DNA of 20,000 nucleotides from a bacterium (GTDB lineage Bacteria; JADJOY01): NCBI GenBank assembly GCA_046331705.1, contig JAXLQJ010000008.1, positions 115,836 to 135,835 of the forward strand, read 5' to 3'. Shown piece by piece: positions 1 to 8,721 of this stretch (position 1 is its first letter; each line of letters starts with the position of its first letter). The notes under the pieces were generated by a model. It saw only the letters and a program-made list of their open reading frames with translations, ran no database searches and was not told where the DNA came from. The position numbers and the translations under genes were made by a program.

Positions 1-113
1 TCTCTACACGTGACGCTCGCGCTACCCTCCGGCGCGGTTCCACGTCCCCAACCCGCGGCGTTCGATGCGGCGTCCGCGCCCGTCGATGCCCATTCCACGA
101 GGAAGCCGAGCCG

Positions 114-1298
114 ATGATTTCCTTCGAGCCCACCGACGATGAGAAGGAGATCCTGAAGACCGTCGAGCGCTTCGCCGAAGCCGAGCTTCGCGCCGCGATG
201 CGCGACATCGAGGCCCAAGGACGCCCTTCGGACGAGCTGCGCCGCAAGTACCACGAGATGGGCCTCGGCCTCATCAACTACCCGGAAACCGTCGGCGGCT
301 CGGGGATGGGGCTGGTGGCGCGCGCGCTCATCGAAGAGGCGCTCGCCCACGGCGACCCCGGCGCGGCCATCGCCTTGGACGGCCCGGGTCTCGCGGGCTT
401 GGCGGTGGTCGAGCTGGGCGAGGGCGCGCACGACGACCGCTACCTCGCGCCCTTCGCCTCGCCGGACGCTCACCTGCGCACGGCCGCGCTGGCGCTGCTC
501 GAGCCGAAACCCATCGACGATTGGTGCTCGCTCGCGACCACCGCTCGCGAGACCGCCACCGGCTATCTGATCGACGGTGCCAAGGCGTTCGTGCTGAACG
601 GCGCCGACCCCGACTTCTTCGTGGTCTTCGCCACCTTCGACCGCACGCGCGGTTGGGATGGTCTCGCCGCATTCGTGGTGGAGCGTGGCACCCCCGGCTT
701 GACGGTCTCCGCGCCGATCCTGACCTGCGGGCTCAACGGCGTGCCGATCGTGGACATCACCCTCGACGGTGTGACGGTGCCGAAGGATGCGCGGCTCTCG
801 GGACGCGGCGATTTCCCCGGCGGATTCCGCCGCTTCCTGTCGCGGGCGCGAATCGTCAACGCGGCGCGGATCGTCGGTCTCGCCCGCGCCGCGTGTGAGT
901 ACGCCATCGGTTACGCCGAGGAGCGGACCGCCTTCGGCAAGCCGATCGGCCATCACCAAGGCCTTTCGTGGATGATCGCGGACATCGCCACCGAGGTGGA
1001 TGCAGCGCGGTGGATGGTGTGGAAGGCGGCATGGGAGATCGACCGCGGTGTCGTCAGCGGCGAGCGCTCGTCGATCCAGGCGCTGGTCCAAGCCAACGAG
1101 ATGGCGAAGAAGGTGACCAACGACGGCGTCCAGGTGCTCGGAGGCGCGGGCTTCATCCGCGACTACCCCGAGGAGAAGTGGTACCGGGACGCGCGCACGC
1201 TGGCGTTCATCCTCGGTACCGATCCAATGGACAACGCCCGCGCCGCCACCTTGAGCTTCACCAACGACGGCGAGCAGGTCGTTGCGGGGCTCTGCTGA
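114..1298 (+). CDS. Acyl-CoA dehydrogenase family protein, FadE24-like, probably the non-catalytic partner subunit
   Basis: 394 aa ORF with a GAGGA RBS upstream. ACAD motifs: IDGAKAFVLNG, RTAFGKPIGHHQG, VQVLGGAGFIRDYPEEKWYRDAR. The usual LTEPxxGSD and IxEGT motifs are degenerate (LLEPKPID, FILGT). Confidence 0.93.
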   Translation: MISFEPTDDEKEILKTVERFAEAELRAAMRDIEAQGRPSDELRRKYHEMGLGLINYPETVGGSGMGLVARALIEEALAHGDPGAAIALDGPGLAGLAVVELGEGAHDDRYLAPFASPDAHLRTAALALLEPKPIDDWCSLATTARETATGYLIDGAKAFVLNGADPDFFVVFATFDRTRGWDGLAAFVVERGTPGLTVSAPILTCGLNGVPIVDITLDGVTVPKDARLSGRGDFPGGFRRFLSRARIVNAARIVGLARAACEYAIGYAEERTAFGKPIGHHQGLSWMIADIATEVDAARWMVWKAAWEIDRGVVSGERSSIQALVQANEMAKKVTNDGVQVLGGAGFIRDYPEEKWYRDARTLAFILGTDPMDNARAATLSFTNDGEQVVAGLC

Positions 1299-1432
1299 CG
1301 TGAGAGCGCAGCGGAAACACGGCGTCAGGGCCGCCGACGGGCGATCGCGCGAGGCCCGGCCTCGGCGAGGCGCGCGGCTCGAAGGGCGGATGGGGTGTCA
1401 TCGAATTCTCACAACGCGGCGGCTTCCACGTT

Positions 1433-1548
1433 CGGCACCAATCCCTCCCGGTGCCGGCGGCACCGCAGCGAACGAAGTGAGCTGACTTGGGGGTGGGGCC
1501 CCAGCGAGGCTTGGCCTCGATGGGGCGGGGGGCTTGAAAAGCCCCCCG
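1433..1548. repeat. Multi-hairpin REP-like palindromic intergenic element
   Basis: Consecutive stems read directly from the sequence: cggtgcc-ggc-ggcaccg (1449-1465), cagc-ga-ac-gaa-gt-ga-gctg (1466-1484), gcccca-g-cgaggc-ttg-gcctcg-a-tggggc (1498-1526), cggggggctt-gaa-aagccccccg (1526-1548). Only one copy in this window, so repetition is unconfirmed. Confidence 0.6.
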
Positions 1549-1558
1549 GGAGAACACC

Positions 1559-2770
1559 GTGATCGACTTCGAGCTGAGCGACTCTCAAAAGAACATCCGC
1601 GAGATGGTGCGCTGGTTCGCCCGCGAGGAAGTGCGACCGCTGGCGCTCGAGTCCGACAAGAACCACGACGTGCCCCTCGAGTTCCTCAAGAAGTCGATGC
1701 AGCTCGGGCTCGGCTCGGGAACGCGCCCCAAGGCGCTCGGCGGCGAAGGCGAAGGCGTCGGTGAGGAGAAGGACGCCAAGGGCACCAAGCAAGGCAATCG
1801 CGTCTCCATCATCCTGGGCGAGGAGATCGCGTGGGGCGATCCCGCCGTGGTGTTGTGCTTCCCGGGGCCTGGCCTCGGCGGGCCGCCGGTCCAGTTCACC
1901 GGCACTCCCGAGCAGAAGAAGCGCGCCTTCGGCATCTTCAAGAACGACGGCGTGCCGCGCTGGGGTGCCTACGCGCTCACCGAGCCCGCTGCGGGCTCGG
2001 ACGTGGCCGGCATCCAGGCCACCGCGCGCAAGGACGGCAATCACTACATCCTGAACGGCCGCAAGTGCTACATCACCAACGGCGGTCGCGCGACCTGGAA
2101 CGTGGTGTTCGCCACCATCGACAAGAGCCTCGGCCGCGCCGGTCACCGCGCCTTCCTGGTGTTCAAGGGCACGCCTGGATTCTCGGTCGGAAAGATCGAG
2201 GACAAGCTGGGCTTGCGCGCCAGCGAAACCGCGGAGCTGGTGCTCGAGGACTGCAAGCTCCACGTCGACGATCTGCTGGGCGGCGAGGCGCACTACGAGA
2301 ACGCCAACAAGGGCGGCTTCACCACCGCCATGAAGACCTTCGACTCGACCCGTCCCATGGTGGCGGCGATGGCGGTCGGCATCGCGCGCGCCGCATACGA
2401 CGTGGTGCACGAGCACATTCGCGAGAACTATCTCTTGAGCCGTCCGATCGCGCGCTACCACGTGCTCGCGGAGCTGATCGCCACCATGGAGCGCCGCATC
2501 GCCGCGGCGCGGCTCATGTGCTGGCGCGCTGCGTGGATGGCCGACGAGGGCATCCCCAACTCGAAGGAGGCCTCGATGTCCAAGGCCTACGCGGCCCAGG
2601 TCGCGAGCTGGGTGTGCGCCGAGGCCATCGGGCTCATGGGACACCTCGGGACCTACCACGCGAACCTGGTCGAGAAGCTCTATCGCGACGTGAAGGTCTA
2701 CGACATCTTCGAAGGCACCGGTCAGGTCCAGCGCATCGTCATCTCACGTCGGCTGCTCAAGGGGCTGTGA
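1559..2770 (+). CDS. Acyl-CoA dehydrogenase, FadE23-like, catalytic subunit
   Basis: GTG start after a GGGAG RBS (1548-1552). Intact GAYALTEPAAGSD, NGRKCYITNG, KLGLRASETAEL and catalytic DIFEGT. ATIDKSLGR, TRPMVAAMAVGIARAA and PNSKEASMSKA resemble mycobacterial FadE23 (from memory, not searched). Confidence 0.95.
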   Translation: MIDFELSDSQKNIREMVRWFAREEVRPLALESDKNHDVPLEFLKKSMQLGLGSGTRPKALGGEGEGVGEEKDAKGTKQGNRVSIILGEEIAWGDPAVVLCFPGPGLGGPPVQFTGTPEQKKRAFGIFKNDGVPRWGAYALTEPAAGSDVAGIQATARKDGNHYILNGRKCYITNGGRATWNVVFATIDKSLGRAGHRAFLVFKGTPGFSVGKIEDKLGLRASETAELVLEDCKLHVDDLLGGEAHYENANKGGFTTAMKTFDSTRPMVAAMAVGIARAAYDVVHEHIRENYLLSRPIARYHVLAELIATMERRIAAARLMCWRAAWMADEGIPNSKEASMSKAYAAQVASWVCAEAIGLMGHLGTYHANLVEKLYRDVKVYDIFEGTGQVQRIVISRRLLKGL

Positions 2771-2894
2771 GCTGACGCTCGAATCCCGCGCCCGCTGAGC
2801 GCGCGGCGTGGCCGGCTGCGGGCGGCGCACCATCGCGGCTCGCGGCCCACCTTCCCGCCCTTCCACTCGCCACCTCCGTCCGCCCTTCTCACGC

Positions 2895-5237
2895 ATGCGC
2901 GCGGACCGTCGACTGCTCGCCGCCGTGACCTGCGTCGCTGCGGCGGTGCTCATGCTGGAGATCGTGCTCACGCGCATCTTCAGCGTGACCACCCAGTACC
3001 ACTTCGCGTTCTTGAGCGTCTCGCTGGCGCTCTTCGGACTCTCGGCGGGCGGGCTGGCGGTGCGGCTCGCGCCGCGGCTCTTCCCCGTCGAGCGGGCGCA
3101 CGAGCGGCTCGCGGCCGCCGCGTGGGTCGCGGCACTCGCGGTCCCGCTGGTGCTGGCGCTCGTCCACTCGCTGCGCGTCTCGCCGAAGGCGCTCCCGATC
3201 TTCCTGCTCGCTCCCGCGCTGCCGTTCACGGCCGCCGGCTTGGCGCTGGCGATCGCATACACCAGCGCCGCGCGTGACGCCGGACGGGTCTACGCCGCCG
3301 ATCTCTCCGGCGCGGCCCTCGGATGCGTGGCCGCGGCGCTGGGCCTGCGTTTCCTGGGCGGCCCGGGCGCGATGCTCGCGAGTGCGCTGCTGGCCGCCGG
3401 CGCCGCCACGCTCGCCGCCCCGTCGAGCTGGGCGCGCGGGCTTCGCGCGACGCTCGCGCTGCTCGCCGTCACCGTCGGCGTGGCGACGAGTGGAGTCGGG
3501 TTTCGGGTCGATGCCCACAAGACTCCGTGGGACGTGACCCGCGAATTCGAGGCCTGGAACAGCTTCTCGCGCATCGCCGTCATGCCCATGCCCAAGGAGA
3601 TCCCACCGGGCTGGAGCATGGATGCACGCCCGTTCGCCCCGCCGCCGCCGATCAAGCTCCTCAACATCGACGGCGACGCCGGCACGATCCTGGTCGGAGC
3701 GGGCAGCGGCGAGGGAAGCCTCGAGTTCCTGTCGCGCGACGTCACGGCGTTCGCGCTCGGCCTCTTGCCGCCGTCGGGCTCGGTGCTGATCGTGGGCGCG
3801 GGAGGCGGCAAGGACATCCTCGCGGCGCGCGAGGCGGGCGCCCAGCGGATCGCCGCCGTGGAAGTGAATCCGCTCATCGCCCACACGGTGAACGAGACCT
3901 ACGGCGCCTTCACGGGTCGCCCCTATCACGGCGCGGGAGTGCGCTCGGTGGTGGCCGACGCGCGCAGCTTCCTGGCCGTCGACCGCGACCGCTTCGATCT
4001 CGTGCTCCTCGGACTGGTGGACTCGTGGTCGGCGACGGCGGCGGGCGCCTTCTTCCTCACGGAAAATCACCTCTACACCACCGACGCGATCGGGGCGTAC
4101 CTCGATCGGCTCGGACCCGATGGCGTCGCCAGCGTGAGCCGCTGGTACTTCGACTCCGAGCCCGCGGAGACGCTGCGGGTCGCCATCACCGCGCGCGCGG
4201 CACTGGCCGAGCGCGGCATCGACGAGCCGTGGCGGCACGTGGTGGTGCTCGGCAGGCCCGCGCCGGCGTTGCGCGCGGGGCTCGGCGTGGGCGTGGTCCT
4301 GGTGCGGAAATCCGCCTGGACGAGCGCCGATCTCGCGCGAATCCACGCGCTCACCGCGGAGCGCGGCATCGAGCTGCTCTACGCGCCCGACGGCGGAAGC
4401 CGCGAGGTCTTCGAGCGCTTCCTGCACACGCCGCGGCTCGCCGACGAGCTCAGGCGCTATCCCCTCGACGTGAGCCCGGTGAGCGACGATCGGCCGTTCT
4501 TCTTCCAGATGCTTCGCATGCGCGATTTCTTCGACCGCGCCAAGATCACGAGCCTGTGGCCGTGGGCCACCTTGCCCACCCTGACGCTCTCGATCCTGGC
4601 GGTGGTGTCTGCGGGGCTCGCGGCCCTCACGCTCGCAGCGCCCCTGCTCGGCGCGACCGCGGGTGCGCGACTCGCGACGCTGGGGCGACTCTCGCCCTTC
4701 GCGGCGCTGGGCGCCGGCTTCTTCTTCGTCGAGGTCGCTCTCGTCGAGCGGCTGGTGCTGTTGGTCGGCCAACCGACTCGCGCGTTGGCCGTGGTGCTCG
4801 CCACGCTGCTGCTCGGCACCGCGTTCGGCGGCCGCTGGACACGGGCGATGCCCGAGCGCGACCTCGGCTGGGCATTCGCGCGTCACGCCCGATTCGCCGG
4901 CATGATCGCCCTCGGGCTGGCGCTGATCCTGCCCACGGCGGTGCGCTGGCTCCTGCCCACCGCGGACGCGCTGCGAACCGGCCTCGCCGCGGCGACCTGC
5001 CTCGCCACGGGCGTGGTGCTCGGCATGCCGATGCCGCTGCTGCTCAGACGCCTCGCCTCCGACCGAACGGATCTCGTGCCGTGGGCGTGGGCGGTGAACG
5101 GCGCGTTCGGGGTGGCGGCGTCCGTCTATTCGCTGCTCGCAGCGATGGGCCTGGGATTTCGCATGGTGCTGCTCTTGGGCGCGGCGATCTACCTCCTCGC
5201 CGCTCGCCTGGCTCGCCCCACCGTCGAATCCGCGTGA
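2895..5237 (+). CDS. Polytopic membrane protein with a central class I SAM-binding (spermidine-synthase-like) domain
   Basis: ATG 2895 preferred over ORF start 2808. About 7 N-terminal and 6-7 C-terminal hydrophobic helices flank VLIVGAGGGKD...AVEVNP...DARSFL...ENHLYT and DDRPFFF, typical of membrane-fused SpeE-like proteins. Confidence 0.85.
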   Translation: MRADRRLLAAVTCVAAAVLMLEIVLTRIFSVTTQYHFAFLSVSLALFGLSAGGLAVRLAPRLFPVERAHERLAAAAWVAALAVPLVLALVHSLRVSPKALPIFLLAPALPFTAAGLALAIAYTSAARDAGRVYAADLSGAALGCVAAALGLRFLGGPGAMLASALLAAGAATLAAPSSWARGLRATLALLAVTVGVATSGVGFRVDAHKTPWDVTREFEAWNSFSRIAVMPMPKEIPPGWSMDARPFAPPPPIKLLNIDGDAGTILVGAGSGEGSLEFLSRDVTAFALGLLPPSGSVLIVGAGGGKDILAAREAGAQRIAAVEVNPLIAHTVNETYGAFTGRPYHGAGVRSVVADARSFLAVDRDRFDLVLLGLVDSWSATAAGAFFLTENHLYTTDAIGAYLDRLGPDGVASVSRWYFDSEPAETLRVAITARAALAERGIDEPWRHVVVLGRPAPALRAGLGVGVVLVRKSAWTSADLARIHALTAERGIELLYAPDGGSREVFERFLHTPRLADELRRYPLDVSPVSDDRPFFFQMLRMRDFFDRAKITSLWPWATLPTLTLSILAVVSAGLAALTLAAPLLGATAGARLATLGRLSPFAALGAGFFFVEVALVERLVLLVGQPTRALAVVLATLLLGTAFGGRWTRAMPERDLGWAFARHARFAGMIALGLALILPTAVRWLLPTADALRTGLAAATCLATGVVLGMPMPLLLRRLASDRTDLVPWAWAVNGAFGVAASVYSLLAAMGLGFRMVLLLGAAIYLLAARLARPTVESA

Positions 5238-5292
5238 GGCGAGCGCGCCCCACGCGCGTGCCGATCCAAGGGCATCGGCGGTCGAAGCCCGC

Positions 5293-6807
5293 TCAGGTTC
5301 CGCTCGCTGCCGGCGGGCCCGCAGCGTCGAGGACGCGAAGCGCGCGCTCGGCGTGATAGCGGACGGCGCTGTCCCGATCGGACACGGCTTTCGCGAGCGC
5401 CTCGCGTGCCGGTCGGGCGACGGCTCCGAGGTCGCGCACGGCGAGCACCGCCTCCAGACGCACGCGCGCGTCCGCGTCGGCGAGACTCGCGGCCAGGTCC
5501 GCCACGGCGGGCGCCGCCGCCGCGCCCAGCTTCCCGAGCGCCCAGGCCGCGGCCCGACGGACGTGCACGTTCCGGTCGCGAAGCGCCAGCGCCAACGCCG
5601 CGGACGCCTCGCTGCCGCCGTCGGAACCGAGGCCAGCGAGCGCCAGCACGGCTTCGTGGCGGACGTCGTCGTTGGCGTCGCGAAGCAGCTGGCCGAGGGT
5701 CGCGACACCGGGCGCGCCGAGCCCGGCGAGACTCTTGATCGCCTCGAATCGAACGCCCCAGTAGTCGTCGCGAGCGGCCTCGGTCAAGGGCGTGATCGCG
5801 TCAGCGCCGAACCGAGCGAGCGATCGCGTGGCGGTCATGCGCACGTTCGGATCGCCGTCGTGAAGGAGCTTCATGAGGCCCGGCAACCCCGCGGCCCCGA
5901 ACGCGGCCAACGCCGCCGCCGCTTCGCCCCGCAGCGACGGCTCGCTGTCGTCCACGGCGGCGAGCACCGCGGCGCGGCCCGCTTCCCCCAACCCGACCTG
6001 TGCGCGAAGCGCGGCGCGCCGCACCTCGAGAGCGGGATCGTGCAACGCCGCATCGAGAATGGAACGCCCCGCCAGCCCGAGCTGCCCAACCAGCGCCACG
6101 ACGCGGCCACGCTCCTCCGCGCCGCGCTGGGCTCGCATCGCCCGCTCGAGCGCCGGCAGCGCCGCCGGTCCGATCGTCACCAGCGCCGCGCCGATGTGTC
6201 GTCCATCGTCGGGCGCATCGGCGCCGAGCAACGAGGCCAGCATCTCGGCGGCACCGGGCCCGAACGCACCGAGCGCCTTGGCGGCGGCTTCGCGGACGTG
6301 CGCGTCCGGGTCCTCGAGAAGCTGGCGGAAGACCGGCGGCGGCTGGCTCGCGTGCCGGGACCCTGCTCGTCTGGCCGCGATCGTCCCGAACGCTTCGATC
6401 GCCTCGACGCGCACTCGCCAGTCCGTCTCGCGCGCGAGCGCCGCGACCAGCTCGCGCTCGTCGCCCACGACGCCCAGCGCCCGCGCCGCCGCCTTGCGCA
6501 CCTGCCAGGCCGGGTCGTCGAGAAGGGCGCGCGCGAGCAACGGGGTCGCGCCTGGGCCGAGTGACCCGAGCGCCTGCATCGCCGCGCGCCGGACCTTCCA
6601 ATCGCCGTGGGCCACCAGCGGCGCGAACTGCGCGGGCTCGTGAAGCCCCGCGGGCAGCTCCACCGCGGGCTCGGCGTTCTCCGCAGACTCGCCGTTCTCG
6701 GCGCTGGCGCGCGCGATCGGGAGCCACGCGATGGTCGCGAGCGCGAATGCGCACACCGCCGCGCCAAGCCGCGCGGGACGCGCGGGACGCGCCGCGGCGG
6801 CCGTCAC
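5293..6807 (-). CDS. HEAT-repeat (PBS lyase/HEAT_2-like) protein with an N-terminal signal peptide
   Basis: GTG at 6807 overlaps the nadE stop (GTGA). About 12 or more repeats of D-x-x-V-R-x-x-A-x-x-A-L-G (e.g. DWKVRRAAMQALG, DAHVREAAAKALG, NVHVRRAAAWALG). N-terminus RPARPARLGAAVCAFALATIAWLPIARASA. Confidence 0.88.
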   Translation of the reverse strand: MTAAAARPARPARLGAAVCAFALATIAWLPIARASAENGESAENAEPAVELPAGLHEPAQFAPLVAHGDWKVRRAAMQALGSLGPGATPLLARALLDDPAWQVRKAAARALGVVGDERELVAALARETDWRVRVEAIEAFGTIAARRAGSRHASQPPPVFRQLLEDPDAHVREAAAKALGAFGPGAAEMLASLLGADAPDDGRHIGAALVTIGPAALPALERAMRAQRGAEERGRVVALVGQLGLAGRSILDAALHDPALEVRRAALRAQVGLGEAGRAAVLAAVDDSEPSLRGEAAAALAAFGAAGLPGLMKLLHDGDPNVRMTATRSLARFGADAITPLTEAARDDYWGVRFEAIKSLAGLGAPGVATLGQLLRDANDDVRHEAVLALAGLGSDGGSEASAALALALRDRNVHVRRAAAWALGKLGAAAAPAVADLAASLADADARVRLEAVLAVRDLGAVARPAREALAKAVSDRDSAVRYHAERALRVLDAAGPPAASGT

Positions 6808-8537
6808 CCCTGGTCCCAGTTGTTGGTGATCGGCATGCGGCGGTCCTTGCCGAAGGCCTTGGGCGTGATGCGAATCCCGGGCGGACCCTGCCGTCGCTTG
6901 TACTCGTTGCGATCGACGGTGCGCGCGACGCGCCGGACCACGTCGACGTCGATGCCGCGCGCGGCGATCTCCGCGATCGAGCGGTCCTCCTCGACGTAGG
7001 CCTCGAGCACGCGGTCCAAGAGCCCGTAGGGCGGCAGCGAGTCCTCGTCCTTCTGATTCTCCCGCAGCTCGGCCGTGGGCGGACGCTCGATCACCGACTC
7101 GGGGATGGGCTGCCCTGGCCCTTGCCGGTTGCGATGGCGCGCCAGCGCGAAGACCAGCGTCTTGGGAATGTCCTTGAGCACCGCGAAGCCACCCGCCATG
7201 TCGCCGTAGAGCGTGCAATAGCCCATGGCGTTCTCGCTCTTGTTGCCCGTCGTGAGCAGCAGGTGACCGAACTTGTTCGAGAGCGCCATCAAGAGCGTGC
7301 CGCGAATGCGCGCCTGCAGGTTCTCCTCGGTCACGTCGGAAGCGCGCCCCGCGAAGAGCGCCGTCAGCGCGGTCGCGAACGCGCCCACGAGCGGCTCGAT
7401 GGGGATCGTCGGGCAGCCGATGCCGAGCCGCTTGGCGACCTCGAGCGCGTCGTCGAACGTGCCACGCGAGGAGAACCGCGACGGCATGGTGACGGCGTGC
7501 ACGCGATCCGTCCCCAGCGCGTCCACGGCGATGGCCGCGGTGAGCGCGGAGTCGATCCCGCCCGAGAGCCCGACGAGCACCGAACGAAAGCCGTTCTTGC
7601 GGACGTAATCGGCGAGCCCCAGCACCAGCGCGCGCCACACCACATCGAGGTCGTCGAGATCGGGCGCGAGCGGGGCGACCGCGGGCAGCGGCGCGGCGGC
7701 GGCCACGCGCATCCGCGGGACCTCGACGCGATGGAGCGGCGGCTCGGGAGCATCGGTCCACGTGCGGCGCGCCATCGGCTCGCGCAACCGGCGGCGACGC
7801 GCCGGCGAGAGATCGACGTCGACCACCAGCAGATCCTCGGCGAACATCGCGCCCGACGCGATCACCCGCCCTTGCTCGTCAAACACGGCGCTGCCGCCGT
7901 CGAAGACCAGCTCGTCCTGGCCGCCCACCAGGTTCACGAACACCAGCGGCACGCTGTGATCGGCGGCGCGCGCCGCCAGCATCGTGCGACGCACGTGCTC
8001 CTTGCCGCGGTGGTAGGGCGACGCGGAGATGTTGACCGCCAGCAGTGCGTTGCCGGAACGCACCTGCGCCACCAGCGGTCCGTCGGGAACCCAGATGTCC
8101 TCGCAGACGCTGATGCCGATGGGAAGCTCGCCCAGCACGAGCAACGTGGGAGTCTCGCCAGGCGCGAAGTAGCGTTCCTCGTCGAACACGCCGTAGTTGG
8201 GCAGCTTCACCTTGCGTCCGAAGCCACGCACCTCGCCGTCCGAGAGAATCGCCGCGGCGTTGAACACGTCGTCCGCGAGCAGCGCCGTGCCCACGATCGC
8301 GGTCAGACCGCGCGTCGACTCCGCCAGACGCGCGAGGCTGTCCCGCGCCTCGGCGAGAAAATCCGTCCGGAGCACCAGGTCCTCCGGCGGATAGCCGGTG
8401 AGCGCCATCTCGGGGAAGACCACCAGCTCGGCGCCCGCCGCGCGCGCCTCGGCGATGGCGGCGGCGAGCCGTTCGCGGTTGCGGTCGAGCGCGCCAACCG
8501 TCGTGTTCACTTGAGCGAGCGCCACGCGCAATCGCAT
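6804..8537 (-). CDS. nadE: Glutamine-dependent NAD+ synthetase
   Basis: ATG 8537 with a GAGGTG RBS. Nitrilase-like glutaminase domain with E-K-C triad (FPEM, RKVKLPNYGVFDEERYF, VCEDIW) and synthetase motifs GLSGGIDS, ENLQARIRG, TTGNKSE, PPTAEL, EYKRRQ. Confidence 0.97.
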   Translation of the reverse strand: MRLRVALAQVNTTVGALDRNRERLAAAIAEARAAGAELVVFPEMALTGYPPEDLVLRTDFLAEARDSLARLAESTRGLTAIVGTALLADDVFNAAAILSDGEVRGFGRKVKLPNYGVFDEERYFAPGETPTLLVLGELPIGISVCEDIWVPDGPLVAQVRSGNALLAVNISASPYHRGKEHVRRTMLAARAADHSVPLVFVNLVGGQDELVFDGGSAVFDEQGRVIASGAMFAEDLLVVDVDLSPARRRRLREPMARRTWTDAPEPPLHRVEVPRMRVAAAAPLPAVAPLAPDLDDLDVVWRALVLGLADYVRKNGFRSVLVGLSGGIDSALTAAIAVDALGTDRVHAVTMPSRFSSRGTFDDALEVAKRLGIGCPTIPIEPLVGAFATALTALFAGRASDVTEENLQARIRGTLLMALSNKFGHLLLTTGNKSENAMGYCTLYGDMAGGFAVLKDIPKTLVFALARHRNRQGPGQPIPESVIERPPTAELRENQKDEDSLPPYGLLDRVLEAYVEEDRSIAEIAARGIDVDVVRRVARTVDRNEYKRRQGPPGIRITPKAFGKDRRMPITNNWDQG

Positions 8538-8698
8538 CGAACACCTCGCGTCGGGCCACCGGAGAGAATTCACCGCCCCGCGCCGAAACTACCCGAGCGG
8601 GCCACCGCTCGGCGAGCCGTTTGGTGCCAGATCTCGCCCCACGGATACCGCTCCACGAGCGCCCTCCGCGCGCCGAGGCGAGATGCGCGCGCGGCGCC

Positions 8699-8707
8699 TG
8701 CTATGCT
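8699..8707 (+). promoter_or_regulatory. Putative extended -10 sigma70 promoter element
   Basis: TGcTATGCT lies about 15 nt upstream of ATG 8722 in the divergent nadE/peptidase intergenic region. Confidence 0.4.
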
Positions 8708-8721
8708 GCGCGCCCCCGTCG

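Noticed and set aside
1526..1548. Intrinsic terminator call for the 10-bp hairpin
   Set aside because: No U-tract on either strand, and it abuts the RBS of the next co-oriented gene.
2889..5708. 939-aa minus-strand ORF
   Set aside because: Antisense shadow of the membrane SAM-domain gene. It is Arg/Ala/Glu-rich with no motifs, as expected in high-GC DNA.
6772..6792. Short tandem repeat cgcgggacg x2
   Set aside because: Two copies only, encoding RPA-RPA in a signal peptide N-region. Not an array.
6808..7761. N-terminal 318-codon extension of the 822-aa HEAT ORF
   Set aside because: Overlaps nadE in another frame and has junk composition. GTG 6807 gives a clean signal peptide and stop-start coupling.
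8610..8632. Possible sigma54 promoter (TGGCAC) upstream of nadE on the minus strand
   Set aside because: The -12 element does not match TTGC and the GC is off by one base from the strict spacing.
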